From NCBI RefSeq assembly GCF_001447785.1, contig NW_015162031.1, positions 4,075 through 68,074 on the forward strand: a stretch of DNA of 64,000 nt, written 5' to 3'. Positions 24,297 through 36,893 of this stretch are shown here, piece by piece. Below the pieces are notes generated by a model, which saw nothing but the letters and a program-made list of their open reading frames with translations, was not told the origin of the DNA and ran no database searches. The stretch's first letter is position 1. Each line of letters starts with the position of its first letter. The DNA comes from Gekko japonicus. Taxonomy: Eukaryota. Position numbers and translations under genes: made by a program.

Positions 24297-25739
24297 GGGA
24301 AATGTATCCTTTACATTAGACTTCTTTCTCTCTTTTCAACTGCAATCTGAATGTGAACTGGATCTACTTTGAATAAATGTAAGTTTTCTTTTTTATATAT
24401 ATACAATACAGTTCTTGGGAGATTTATTTACTGCACTCAGTATCATGCTTCTATGACTGGGTAAAATTATGCTATATTAACCACATATCAACCACATATC
24501 CCAATACAAAGGAGGTAAGTTTTGGCTGGAATTCAGTGTGCAGATCTTGCAGAAAAATTCAAGGAGGGTTTCTGAGCTGCATACTTCAAAAGAAAGTGAT
24601 GCTGTCACAGTTCCTGGTTGTATACCCTGATGTGCATTGGGAACTTAACTTACCAAGATACATCCAAAGCACACCCATTCTTTAGTACCTGTAATGTTTC
24701 AAATTTAATCAGAATCATTGGATTCATGATGTTAGATCCAGCTGCCATATCACCACTCCCCTGCAAACTACACTCTACACCTCACATGGCATTCGGACAT
24801 GCAGGTCTCAGAATCCCCAGCATATACTTTTCACCAGCAGGTCCAACCTATGAACATTTGATCTAAATGATATTCTGAAACAACTAGATCTAATTTCAGT
24901 TTCCTGGGTAAATACTATCTATATTATTTGGATTGGTTTCCTTTGGATGAGAGAGCACTAGAAATTTATTACATTTTGTAATATTTGCTTTATTTACAAA
25001 CAAACACATACCAAAAAAAAATGGAAACAAAGAAGAAGTACTCCTAAAGGGAAGAAGATCTGTAACCACACATCAGTAAGAGGGATGCTGTATCCTGAAG
25101 TACTTCATTAAATTCCCAGCAGTGTCTGTCTGCTTCTTTCATTCCCCCAGAATCTAAATTGCTGTTTCTTCATGTACACAGGGATGCAGAGTACAGTGCA
25201 ATCAAAATTTCCACTAGCGAAAAATGTAAGCTGGGATCCCCTTTGGGATTCTAGTATGCTGGGACCATGTGACCTGCCTGAACAAAAAAAACATTTTGAA
25301 TCAAGGACTGAACATGAAGAACTGGGTAAGATGGAGTTAAAAAGGCTGGCTGGATCCAGCTCATACAGGTGCTTCCTCCCTTCAGTGAGGAAGGGACTTG
25401 ACACCTCCCTCCAAGTATTGCTGAGTGCCATTTCCTAACAATTAAAGCCCATTAAGGAGATATCAACTATCGTTTTATTAGAGACTCTGGTTCCCTCTAA
25501 GCAGGCCACTGTAGGCCAAAACTATATAATATGTTTGTTCACATTAAACAGATTCCAAACTCACAAGAATATTATTTGTAGTGTTTCAATCTAGCACATG
25601 TCAATTCTAATTATATGACATAATATTATGTGAATTAGCATTGTGCATTAAGTACACACTCATTATGCATTTCAATGTGAGTTTTATTGTAAGAGCAAAA
25701 AGCAAACAAAAAAAATGTATAGTACAGTAGCAAACTGGA

Positions 25740-26675
25740 TCATGTGCTGGTTGAAAAGGACCTAAAACCCAAAACTTTTGCCATGGCTTTTTTGATCTCC
25801 TTGTTTCTTATACTGTAAATCACAGGATTCAACATGGGTGGAACCAAGGAATAGATTACAGCAAATACCAAATCCAGCTGTGATGGAGTGTTAGAGACAG
25901 GCTTCAGATAGGCAAAGCATGCAGTGAATAAAAATGTGGAGCAGACAATGAGATGGGGAATGCAAGTGGAGAAAGCCTTTTGCCGTTCCTTCATTGAAGA
26001 CAATCTTAGCACAGTAGTGAAAATGTGTATGTAAGTTACAAGGATATACACAAAACAGCCCAGGCCAAGGAAAATTCCAATCCCAACAGTAGTCATTTCA
26101 ATTAGATTTAGTTCAGAACAAGTCAATTTTATAAGCTGTGGGATATCACAAAAAAATTGATTAACAACGTTAGAACAGAAATGGGTTGCGAAAGTCCCAC
26201 TGGTGTGCCATCCAGCATACAGAAAACCGGCGACCCATACACCAACAATCATTTCACTGCAGACATGCCTATTTATTATCATCTCATAATGTAATGGATT
26301 GCAAATGGCCATATACCGGTCATATGCCATGACTGTGAGGACACAGAAATCGGATGCTGCGAAGGAATGAAAGAAAAAGACTTGAGCAACACACCCTGAA
26401 TATGAAATGTGCCTGGTATTCAGGAGGGAATTGATCATGGATTTGGGGACAGTGACTGAAATTTGACCAAGGTCCTGCATGGCCAAGTTCATCAATAAGA
26501 AGTACATGGGGGTGTGCAGGTGGTGGTCTAAGGCTATTGAAAAGATGACGAGGAGGTTCCCTGTCACCGTGGCCAAGTACACCATCAGAAAAGCAATGAA
26601 GTGTAGAAACTGCAGTTCCCGAACCTCTGAGAATTCCAGGAGCAGAAAATCGGACACAGTGGTTTTGTTGGACAT
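25740..26675 (-). CDS. Olfactory receptor, family 14-like (intact, 311 aa from MSNKTT)
   Basis: LHTPMYFLL, MAYDRYMAICNPLHY, FFCDIP, KAFSTCIPHL, PMLNPVIYSIRN and an NKT sequon. The longer ORF call (to 26726) begins at a non-ATG codon. Confidence 0.95.
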   Translation of the reverse strand: MSNKTTVSDFLLLEFSEVRELQFLHFIAFLMVYLATVTGNLLVIFSIALDHHLHTPMYFLLMNLAMQDLGQISVTVPKSMINSLLNTRHISYSGCVAQVFFFHSFAASDFCVLTVMAYDRYMAICNPLHYEMIINRHVCSEMIVGVWVAGFLYAGWHTSGTFATHFCSNVVNQFFCDIPQLIKLTCSELNLIEMTTVGIGIFLGLGCFVYILVTYIHIFTTVLRLSSMKERQKAFSTCIPHLIVCSTFLFTACFAYLKPVSNTPSQLDLVFAVIYSLVPPMLNPVIYSIRNKEIKKAMAKVLGFRSFSTST

Positions 26676-27934
26676 GTTTGACTCTGTTTCATGATGTATA
26701 ATCCTTGAAGGGGGAGGAGCACACAAAGGAAACTGTAAGAATTACCACCCTGCTTCTCTTGCCAAGTCCTGAAAGCTTGCATACTGTTTTGATTGCCTAG
26801 CAGTGACCACTAGTGGCATGACTGAGTAGCATGTTCTATAATCCTTGAAGAAGGAAAACTGTCTTACCTACAATAGAAAAATGGCTAGTCAAAGTGTTGG
26901 ACCTTGCATAAATGGCCAAACTTACACTTTAAATGGAAAGGTGATATATTTTCCTTGGTCTGATTTCGGACTAAGGTGGTAATGAGTAAATGTTTGGATT
27001 CCTGTAGTAGAAAAAATCAGATATTATTCCTTTATTCTGCTTTCAGTTGTATTAGTTGGTTTAGTTTCTACTTTTTCTCGTGTTACTTTATTCTACCTTG
27101 TTTCTTCTTTTTTATTTCATGTATAAAAACCTATATAAAACTCAGATTTAAAAAAGAAGAAACTGTCAAAATCACAGTCTCTTATTGTGTTTTAACTGGT
27201 GTCATAGAATTGGATTCTGATGAACATATTTCCAGTCCCATCACTTAGTTCCTGTTTTCAGTGTGCAAGAACAATCTCATTGAACTCCAGAGTAGCACCT
27301 CTATCCCATAATCTCCCTCCAAGTAATCCTGGTTTAGGTAAAACTGCAAAACAAATATTTAAGGAGCCTGCCATGTTTGAGAAATTAATGCAGTAATTTT
27401 ATGTACTGCATCTGGGGTGTGTGAATGAAGCATGCATAATGAGCATTGCTGTGAGAGACATGATTGATTTTATAAGGCTAGGGAGAAGAATTGAAAAACT
27501 GATAAATTGTTTTTAATTGCACTGTGGTTGGGTGGGAGATGGGAAAAATTATGTGATCTAGCAGTCCAGGGCATCCATATGCAGAATCCACATTAGATAA
27601 TATGCTATGACTGTGATGGAGTAAGATGCACTTTCACCCTAAGAATCGTACCTCTAGTCCAGATAATAGTCTGAAATCAGCCAGAACAAACTAAGGTTGA
27701 ACCCAAAGTTTTAGTTCTAGTCATGGGTGCAGCCTTCTTCTGATGCAAGGTGTCTTCCATCAGTGGAGGTGATATATTCCACTCGTGCAAAGCTCCTTGT
27801 GCCAGAGGATACAACTATAAGAATATGCAAAAAGGTTGAGATGAAAGGAATAAACTGCCTGAGTATAGCAGCACCATTGAAAGGTGTATATCAGCAAAAT
27901 AGTCTGTCTTGTTACTCTTGCTGTTAGATTTCCA

Positions 27935-28125
27935 TAAGCAACTTACTCTTTTTCTTTATGGAGTTCTTTGAGGTCCAGATGCAATCTGTTCTAGACCACT
28001 GTACCTTGCAGTCATTCACGTATCTTAGTCCATCACTGGCACTGCCTCGCTACCTGTCATTAATATGCCTCACTACCTGTCATTAAGCAGTTGTCCCCAT
28101 GGGGCAAAATTTAATTGATACATAT
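27935..28125 (-). promoter_or_regulatory. Putative OR promoter and first exon
   Basis: Donor context caacttactctttttctttat (27939-27959) is the same as at 11358. Palindromic O/E site tccccatgggg at 28094-28104 next to homeodomain TAATTG at 28112-28117. Confidence 0.55.
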
Positions 28126-29699
28126 ATTATTTGTGTTCTCGGAGCCTTACACTTGGGAAGTAAAAGCATACAGAGAACAGTTGACTGTTTGCACATTAGA
28201 GACTTTCAGTAGCTCCATTGTTCTTCTGATATCTGGTTGATGTAAGCAATAAAGTTAGGGAATTTTAGAATCTGGAATTAATGTTGTTACAGGGGCCGTC
28301 CGATCGACGGGAATTCATTTTTTAAGATTACACCCACCACCCCTGTATTTCAGGAATATTTGAGCAACAGCATGCCCTTCCATCCTCTTGGCACCACTGT
28401 CAGGAAAAGGAGACAGGATATGGGCATGTTCAGGGAAGGGAAAGAAAAAGTAGTGGGGAAGGGGAAAATGAAAATGCAAAATGCAAAGAGCAAGCCACTG
28501 TAGAAATGGAAATACACAGTGCTTTATTTCCTTAGGAATGAAAAAACAAAACAAAACATTGGGTCAGCTCCAGACACCTTTCTACAGAGCCACCCCATGT
28601 GGCCTTTTCAATGGACCTTTCCCCCCTTGAAGTTCCCATGATCCATAGCCTTTTTAAGTAGTCCAAGGGAACTACTCTGTCTTTTTTCACCAGCAGAAAA
28701 GCACTGGGGCTCTAAACCATGGTGACCTCTTCAGAAACAGGTGCAATTTCTTTGTTGCTACAAATGACAGCTTATCATGTTTTTCATTTTTTTCCGCTTT
28801 GGGTGAACAAATGCAATTATGTACAAGATATTAGGGTTTTTCAAGTCATACTACATTTCTAGAATTATTCCTCAATGTAGTGAAGCAGGAAAGTAATGTG
28901 GCAAAAAGAACTAGAGTGAAGGAATTAAACTGAAAATATACTATGGCTTCATTCAGACATCAATAGAAGATTCATTGATACATGCACAGTCTCAATGCAA
29001 CAGAGTAAATAGTGCCTCCTAGGGGTGTTTGGGGTTGGAAAAACAGTGTGGTGGAGGCTCAAACAACTCCCCCCCCCCCATGTCACGTACCAATCTAAAT
29101 CAGGTCCATCTTGTTGGAAAATGTGGTAAAAATAGTTAAATATTCAGAGTTTGCAATGGATATTTGTTCACTAGAGAGGAGGCATTTTCTTTCTAGGTAA
29201 AAATCTTTATTTCTAAAGGGAAGGGTACATGGGAAATCTACAAAACAACAAACAAGACTACATGCTTTCAACAACAGACACACAGATAGTAATTGAGATT
29301 CTTCTTTCTTCGTGACCCCTAGAAGGAAATCACCTGAATGCATTAACCAATGATTGTTAGTCAATAGGTTCAGTTTCCCAGGCCATCTCTCCATTGGCTC
29401 TGTGCCAGGTTCCCTTCCAGTTCAGGCTGAACAGTAGGACACAAGATTAACACATTAACCCTATAACGAGTTAATTTAGACCTTGCAACACATGTATTTC
29501 CAACACCTCTGAGATGTCCCTGAACATATATTTTCCCTCAGTGTTTAATCCATATTCAGAATTCTGCAAGTTCCAGTTTGTACAGGAGGCTTCAGTTCTT
29601 CATGTAGATCCAATCTGGAGCAAATTGCCAATTTTGCAAAATTAAACAGGAGTCCAATAGCACATGAAAAACATTCATTCCAGCATACACATTTTGAAG

Positions 29700-29785
29700 T
29701 TAGAACATAAGAGAAGTTATGCTGGATCAGGCCAGTAGCTATTCCAGGCAACCCTCTGTGTCACACAGTGGCCAAAACCCAGGTG
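29700..29785 (-). mobile_element. CR1 3' terminal fragment
   Basis: agaacataagagaag..atgctggatcaggccagt...ctctgtgtcacacagtggccaaaaccca is the reverse complement of the CR1 tail at 1900-1990. Confidence 0.65.
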
Positions 29786-29860
29786 ATAACAATAACAACA
29801 ACAACAACAATAACTATCATCATCATCATCATCACCATCACCACCATTATCATCATTATT
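29786..29860. repeat. Compound (AAC/AAT)n(CAT/CAC)n microsatellite
   Basis: Read directly from the sequence. It produces the spurious poly-N/poly-H ORF. Confidence 0.9.
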
Positions 29861-29960
29861 CCATCATACCAGTTGTCATTGGAGCCCTTGGAGCAGTGCC
29901 TAGAAGTCTGAAGAAACACCTGCACATTCTGGGCATTGAGCAAATAACAGTGTTGTCTGG
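29861..29960 (+). mobile_element. R4/Dong-like (restriction-like endonuclease) LINE C-terminal fragment
   Basis: IIPVVIGALGAVPRSLKKHLHILGIEQI resembles the PxVIGALG motif that ends REL-type non-LTR ORFs. Confidence 0.55.
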
Positions 29961-30820
29961 AACATCAAGAATCCCTCAAGGAAAGCAGAAGTGGTTGGCA
30001 GCCCCACTTTCCCTTCCACTATAAGGATGCCAGTTTCTGGGTGAGACCTGGGGATCCCCTGGAATTACAGTTGATCTCCATACTACAGAGATCAGTTCTT
30101 CTGGCAAAAATGGATGCTTTGAATTGTGGACTCTTGTATCCCACAGAGGACCCTGGGCTCCATCCCCAACCTGGGTCTGGCAACCCTAACCTCCGTCCCG
30201 TACCAGTGGCCAGAGGGGACTTGGCAATGGTATCCTACTGTCAAACCTTACTTCACTCAGTTTGCCATGGATGATGGGGGAGGGGAATTCCCTCAGTGGG
30301 GTATGTGAGTGTGGGGTGTGTGGCTGCACTATCGTAGATGTGTTACTCTTCTGAAAAAGCCTTTCTCTTGGTCACAGAGGAATGTCCTTGAATCTTCTGG
30401 TGTTACCGAAACTCCTCTAAGGATGGTTCCGGGAGCTCAGATCTGCTTTATCTACAGCAGAGGGCTGTTATGCTGAGGTCTTTGGACTAATTGTATACAG
30501 AGGTCAGATTGCAGAATGAACGCTCCTATTTCCCAGGAATTGAGACAACACGCTAGGTTTAATGAATAAATGTTGCCTTTACTAAATAGTTCTCAAGCAC
30601 ACATAAACAGATACACTCCCACAGTCTCACAAGATTCCTTTAGCTTACAATAGTTACAGAAAACAGTAAGCATTGAAAATAATAAATTCAGACAAACAAT
30701 GAGGAAGGACACAGAAGGGTAGCATTGATACTCATCTGATTCAGAAGGGATTCTTCCTCAGTGTGGAAATCAGGAATGAAAGGTCTCACCAAGGGATTCT
30801 TCTCTCACACGGGTAGACAA

Positions 30821-31026
30821 CAGTGTTCCCTCTAAGCTGAGTTAGTGTGAGCTAGCTCATAGTTTTTTAGCCTCCGGCTCACACATTTTTGTCTTGGCTC
30901 AGGAAGGATGGCTCCAGAGCAAACAAATTTATGCAGGACCCAAATCTCTCATTCACAACTTTAATGCCAGGAGCTCACAAAGTAGAATTTTTACTCATGA
31001 GACTCCACAGCTTAGAGGGAACATTG
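30821..31026. mobile_element. hAT MITE
   Basis: TIRs CAGTGTTCCCTCTAAGCTG/CAGCTTAGAGGGAACATTG and 8-bp TSD GTAGACAA (30813-30820, 31027-31034). Confidence 0.92.
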
Positions 31027-31314
31027 GTAGACAAGCCAACCACGTGTATGTTTTCTTGGTGTGCACTTCCAAGAAAACCCGAGAGAATTGCCTGCAGCAG
31101 AGCTTAGGTTGCCTAATGTGGAAGGGGGGTGTTGTCTCGCTAGCTTGCTGGCTAGCGGCTTGCATCTTAAGTTGCAGAAAGGTGGGGGGGTGAGCTAACC
31201 CTAACCAGAGAAACAAAGGCTGTGTTCCTCTTTTTAAAACCTACTTTTGTGGGTTTGGCTTAAGGCCAATCTATCCCTAAGAATCCGTCCCCTTTCTATC
31301 CCTATAGGTGGACA

Positions 31315-31656
31315 CAGAGGTCATTTCAGGGGGGAACGCGGAGGATCGCAGTTCCCCCGGGTGAGGTGCAGGGGGGCAGAACACATGACAAAGCCCCACC
31401 CCCTGCTTCTGGCCGCCCCGCTTCCAGCCCTCATTCAGCCAGGAGGAGGCAGGAGAAGAGGGAGGGTAAGTTGCTTCCTCCCCGCCTCTCCCCACCCCTG
31501 CCTGCCTGGGGCCAGGGAGGGCCTTGGCGGGGCTTCCTCACACTCCCGCCGGCCTTGCAGGTCCACCGCCGGGCCCCTGATGTCAGGGGGTGTGACATAT
31601 GCTAATGAGTTATGCTAATGTGTTCCCCTAGCTCTTTTTCTACAAAAATGACCCTG
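31315..31656. mobile_element. Non-autonomous hAT element, copy 1 of a GC-rich family
   Basis: Ends CAGAGGTCATTT/AAATGACCCTG with 8-bp TSD GGTGGACA (31307-31314, 31657-31664). Highly similar to 45520-46084. Confidence 0.9.
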
Positions 31657-32882
31657 GGTGGACAGGTTGTGACGCTATACCTAGCAGGGAGGGGGCAATA
31701 TTCAAATCCTAGACCTAACTTCAAAGGATGGCCATGTGGTGAGGTGTCAAGCCATATTCCCATGGCAACCTTTTATTTGCAGATCGATGGCTTGCTCCAA
31801 GCAGGCAATAACAGGATGTTTTTCTTGTGATGCAGACTCAAATAGTTGGAGTTACGTGCGATTTCCAAGGTCCTGTAATAGTGGAAAGCTCGTTGTTTTC
31901 TCAAAGTCTCCAAGCTGAGCTCCATGGTGAATGCCTTCTTTATGCAGAGGCATGCAGGGAAGGTGTGGGTATGCACATGTCCATTAGCATATGCAGCACA
32001 AAGCTGGCTCCTTGCAGCTTCAGGTGCAACATGAGAGGCAGAGCAGGCAAACCCAAGGCACAGCATTTCCCACAGCCCACATACACACAAGCAAAGACAC
32101 TTTACAGACATACAGCATCAGCACAAATAATACATTTAGAAACTCACATGTTAACACTGGTGCCAGCTTGCTCAGTAGATAACGGGATCATATATTTCCC
32201 ATGTGAAAGGGGGGTTAGAGATGCTGGAGCGAGGAGGTGTGAATGTGACGTATGAGTGGGTCTTAGGAGGGGTTACATTTGAATTACCTATATCTTTGCC
32301 TGTGCCCATCAAAATCTTTGGAACTGACACAGTACTGTTAAGCTCTGGAACTTGTTTATTTCTCAATGAAGCCTTTCACTGCCAAAGACAGTGTGGATGA
32401 GAGTAACTTGCCCAGGAGTCTGACACCTACTGCCTTTTGTCCTCATCAAGATTCAGTAAGAAGATTTCCTGGAGCTGGCAAGGTTCTCAGCATAAAGAAC
32501 CAAACCTTCCCTGGTAGATGTGAAATACGGGAGTAGTGATTTCAGGCTCTAAGTATCATGATGAGGATGATCTAGTTTCCAGGGTCATTACATGTTACAC
32601 CATTAATTCTTATGAAACAGACAAACAAAACAGCAATCAAGCTTTATGCAGCAATCTTTCTTGTTGCACTTAATTTTTATGGAGTCGACATAAAGTCATG
32701 TATATTAACTTGTTAATTTATTTAAAGAGTGTATTTATCAGAAGTGTAAGGTTCCCAAATTACAAACAATAGATCTCACAGGGTTTTGTTTTGTTTTTTT
32801 GGATGACTCTACATATACACTAAAATACATATAGACAGTTGGGGTTGAAGGTAGAATTCTACGTGGTTTTGTTAGGAAGCCG

Positions 32883-33848
32883 TCAATGTTTCCAGTCCAT
32901 TTTTTCAAAGCCCACCCAGGAAATGCAAGGGAAATTAGTCATGGCTCTGCCCAGAGCCAACTGGATGTCTTTGTTTCTCAAGCTATAGATGATGGGATTC
33001 ATGACTGGGGGCAAAACTGTATACAGAACAGCAGCCAACAAATCCACAGTTGGAGACGACAAGGCTTTGGGCCTCATGTATGAAAATGAAGCAGTGAAGA
33101 AAAACAAACAAAAGATTGTCAAGTGGGGAGTGCAGGTAGAGAAAGCTTTTTGCCTGCCCTGAGCTGACTGAATCTTGAACACAGCAGAGAAGATGTAAGC
33201 ATAAGAAACAAATATGAATGTAAAGCAAAATGAGCCTAAGCTAAGTATACTGGCAAGAACAAGGCTCATAGCAGTTGCTGTATCAGTGCAAGATATCTTT
33301 AATAACTGAGGGATATCACAGAAATATTGTTCAATAACATTGGACTGACAGAACTGTAATGAAAATGTGTTCACAGTATGTACCACTGCAATGGTGACAG
33401 AGGTGACCCAAGACACAGCTGCCATTTGGAGGCAAACATTCCAGTTCATGATCCGCTGGTATCGTAGAGGATGGCAGATGGCTGCATAGCGGTCATAAGC
33501 CATGGCAGTGAGAAGGAACAGCTCAGAACTTGCAAGCAAGATCACCAGGAAAACCTGAGCGACACATCCAGAGAATGAAATCTGCTTGCTGTCCATCAAA
33601 GAATTCACCATGGATTTGGGAACTGTAGTTGAAATGTAGCAGGCATCAGCAATGGAAAGGTTGACCAAGAAGAAATACATGGGACTGTGAAGGTGGTGAT
33701 TCTGGGCGACAGCAGCAATCAGGAGAAAGTTTCCCACCAAGGCCATTAAGTAAATGGAGAGAAAGAACACACCATGTACAACCTGTAGTTCTCGAAGATT
33801 GGCAAATCCCAGAAGGACAAATTCTATTGCAGTTGTTTTGTTCACCAT
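32883..33848 (-). CDS. Olfactory receptor (intact, 321 aa; a different subfamily from its neighbours)
   Basis: LHSPMYFFL, MAYDRYAAICHPLRY, FCQSNVIEQYFCDIP, KAFSTCTPHL and PVMNPIIYSLRN. Acceptor tcttcctcacag about 20 bp upstream of the ATG. Confidence 0.96.
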   Translation of the reverse strand: MVNKTTAIEFVLLGFANLRELQVVHGVFFLSIYLMALVGNFLLIAAVAQNHHLHSPMYFFLVNLSIADACYISTTVPKSMVNSLMDSKQISFSGCVAQVFLVILLASSELFLLTAMAYDRYAAICHPLRYQRIMNWNVCLQMAAVSWVTSVTIAVVHTVNTFSLQFCQSNVIEQYFCDIPQLLKISCTDTATAMSLVLASILSLGSFCFTFIFVSYAYIFSAVFKIQSAQGRQKAFSTCTPHLTIFCLFFFTASFSYMRPKALSSPTVDLLAAVLYTVLPPVMNPIIYSLRNKDIQLALGRAMTNFPCISWVGFEKMDWKH

Positions 33849-34864
33849 TTGATTACTTGGACAAAGTCTGTGAGGAAGACAGAAAACATGCTGTCAAACT
33901 GATGATTTTATTAGAGTTAGCATTTAAGGACATGTATCTAAACCTTTTTCAGAAATAAGAAAAATAATTTGTCTCCTGTTTCAACATTATTATTATTTTT
34001 TTGCTTTCAATTCACAACGGATGCATGGCAACCCTATGGGGTTTCTAAAGAAAGAGACATTGAGAGGTGGTTTACCATTGCATGCCTCAGCATTACAACT
34101 CTGGTATTCCTTGGTGGACTCCCATCTAAATGCTAAACAAGGTCAATCCTACTTAATGTCTGACATCTGATTTTATTATCCATTTTTAATATGACATTTT
34201 TATTTACCTGACTTTCCCCAAGCCTTTCTTTACTGTCTTGCATTGGTGCATATTTCATAAAATTTTAACATTAAAGTCCTAAACAGAGTTACACCCTTCA
34301 ATATCCACTGATTTCAATGGGCATAAAAGGGTATACCTCCGTTTGAGATTCCACTGTACATTTTTTAATTTTCATTTCCTATTAAAACATGTCTGCACAA
34401 TACTTTTTCACAAAAGAGAGTAAAACATATTACATAATGTCTGCAATGGATTCGTACCATGAACACTGAAGAATAATAATTATGATTTCATGATGGACCA
34501 CTAATGAAATTATTCTCTAACAAACTGATCCTAGGCAAATAATTTTGTGATTCCCACAGAGTTCAGTAGGGTTTATTTTCAGTAAGTATGCATAGAATTT
34601 CCAGATTATCATGTGCCACACAGCGCAGGACAAATTCACATGAACTTGAATAGGCATAACTGTCTATCTTAACGACAATGATAATATGAAGATAGTTTGT
34701 ACAATGATAATTTCTTGCGATGTGCCCTTGGTGGAATATTTATTTCAGTGAGTTACCAATACCTGAAGATGCCTTATGTAGTTCAAATTACAGTTTTCCC
34801 CTCCATGATCCACTACTCCGAAGACTATTGCATACTATTAGTCAAAGGATGTTTTAACCCATCC

Positions 34865-35180
34865 TCATAATCTAGCATGTACAGATTTATCTGCATCCTT
34901 CCCTGTCTTCTTCCTAGATTTGTAAAAGAACAGCACTGCTGGAAGACCACCAAGAAGCCCGCCGATGGTCGCCGATTGCCCGGAGTGCCGAGACTGCGCC
35001 TGAGCCGCCAAGAAGGAGAGAAAAGCCACCGTCCTGGTGCTGCTAGGTAACCCCTCCCCGCACAAATTGTGGCCCTAGTTAGGATTCGACTACAGACGTA
35101 GTCTAATGTAAACCACTCTGAGACCCATTAAGGGTCATGGGCGGTATAGAAATCACATGTAAATAAATAAATAAATAAAA
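34865..35180 (+). mobile_element. LINE (L2-like) 3' end with (TAAA)n tail
   Basis: tgtaaaccactctgag...gggcggtatagaaat...aaataaataaataaataaaa. Confidence 0.55.
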
Positions 35181-35674
35181 TCAGACCAAAGGTCTATCAA
35201 GCCAGCATCTTGTTTCCCACAGTGGCTCACCAAATGGTCCAGAATGCCCTCAGCATGGGTACAAAGCCTCCCCTACTGCTGCTGCACACCAGCACCTGGT
35301 CTTCAGAAGAACTGCCTCCTGCAAAGAGATCCCATGGTGCTTTCCTCTCAACTCCCATCGTAGAGTTGAAAAAACAACTGGTCTACCCACCAAAACTGGG
35401 CATCAGTATTATGGATATTTGATAAAATAAATAGGAATCTTGTCTCACAACTAAGGCTAACACATTTTTGTTCTAGCACAAGCTTTCCTGAACTACAGCC
35501 CCATTTCATCACAAAGTACTATAACAAACTCACACACCTGTCTCCTATGGATATTTGTTGATTCACAATTGTCCCCCCAGATTCAGCCCTGTGTTCATCT
35601 CCATCCATTTCCACCCACCTTTTGCCCCTTTTTATCTTTCAATAAAGCTTTGGTGTACTGTTTAACATTCAAAA

Positions 35675-35890
35675 CTCACACTCACCTTTCAAAACATTTC
35701 AAAGTGGAATCATGAGATTTCCCCTTCTTTCAGGTGTTTTGTTAGGGCAGTAAGATGACAAGGCTATATTTAGGAGTTGCTTTCTGCTGTACTTTTGTGG
35801 CTGTTTGAAGAAAGTACTCTCAGTGATTTTACATATGTTTGTATCTGAGTCCCAAGAGATACACCTATATCAGGGTCATGGGAAATGTGT
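35675..35890 (-). promoter_or_regulatory. Putative promoter and first exon of OR 32883-33848
   Basis: Minus-strand AG|GTGAGT donor at 35685-35680, TAAATATA at about 35765-35772, and O/E-like tcccaagaga at 35850-35859. Confidence 0.45.
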
Positions 35891-36893
35891 GAGGCATCTG
35901 CAGGTTTCCCCCCCTCTATGTTATAAATCCATGAACTTCAGTGGAAGAGTTTAACCATTTCCCTACNNNNNNNNNNNNNNNNNNNNNNNNNNNNNNNNNN
36001 NNNNNNNNNNNNNNNNNNNNNNNNNNNNNNNNNNNNNNNNNNNNNNTGGTGCCCCCCCCCCCCCCCCCCCCCCCGCTGTGAACAAATAGCCTGTAGTGTG
36101 GCTGGCAACCTTTCTTATCAGGTTTTCTGGGCTTTAAGAAATGTCCATGCTGAGCTTTGAAATTATATATACCAAAGCCTGCCACATTGCCAGTTTGAAA
36201 ATGGATGGGATGCTTTGAAAACACGAGCTGGCTTTGACACATAAAATAAATAGCCTCCAGCACCAGCTGTCATTTTTACAAGTAACAGTGCAGGTTAAAC
36301 ACAGCTAGGCTCAGGACGGAAGGTGTCATGTAAAATGGATAGCCAAGAGAAGAAGCTTTCCCCCCAACATTGTCATTACTATAAGGGCAATAGATGTTTG
36401 CAAAATGAAGACAGATACAGCCAGATGAGGGCTTTTTTTTAGCTAGCTCAATATATTTACTTTGTGTATGCAATAAAATATGTTTAAACAATATGTTTAT
36501 TTTAAGAGGCTTATGGTTAAACAGAGATTATGCCTCACAAAGCTACTATAAGAGTTATGCATAATCTCACTCTTTGACATTGTGTGGTTGGCTGAACCTC
36601 TCACAGCAGCCATTTTGTACTCATACCCTCCATAGTCTGTCAGATTCTTGAGTATGTCCTCTTGGTTAGAGCTTAGACAGCTGCAAATTTCATATGGGAT
36701 TAGACTACCCTTTCAACTATTTGACCATTATCCACTGTTGTTGCTGAAATGGACAAAAGAAGCCATTATTGTTTATTTTGCATTGAAATTTACACATATC
36801 AAAGTCATGGTAATTATGGGTGTATCTTTAAAAGAACACGTTTTTGTATATTTACTTCCTGATTCTCTGAATGTAGATAAAAATCCTTTAAAG

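Noticed and set aside
29719-30024. Poly-Asn/poly-His protein
   Set aside because: Translation of a microsatellite joined to CR1 and LINE fragments.
31247-31618. Similar GC-rich ORFs here and at 45490-45906 that look like a duplicated gene
   Set aside because: Both lie within TSD-flanked non-autonomous hAT copies and have no domain similarity.
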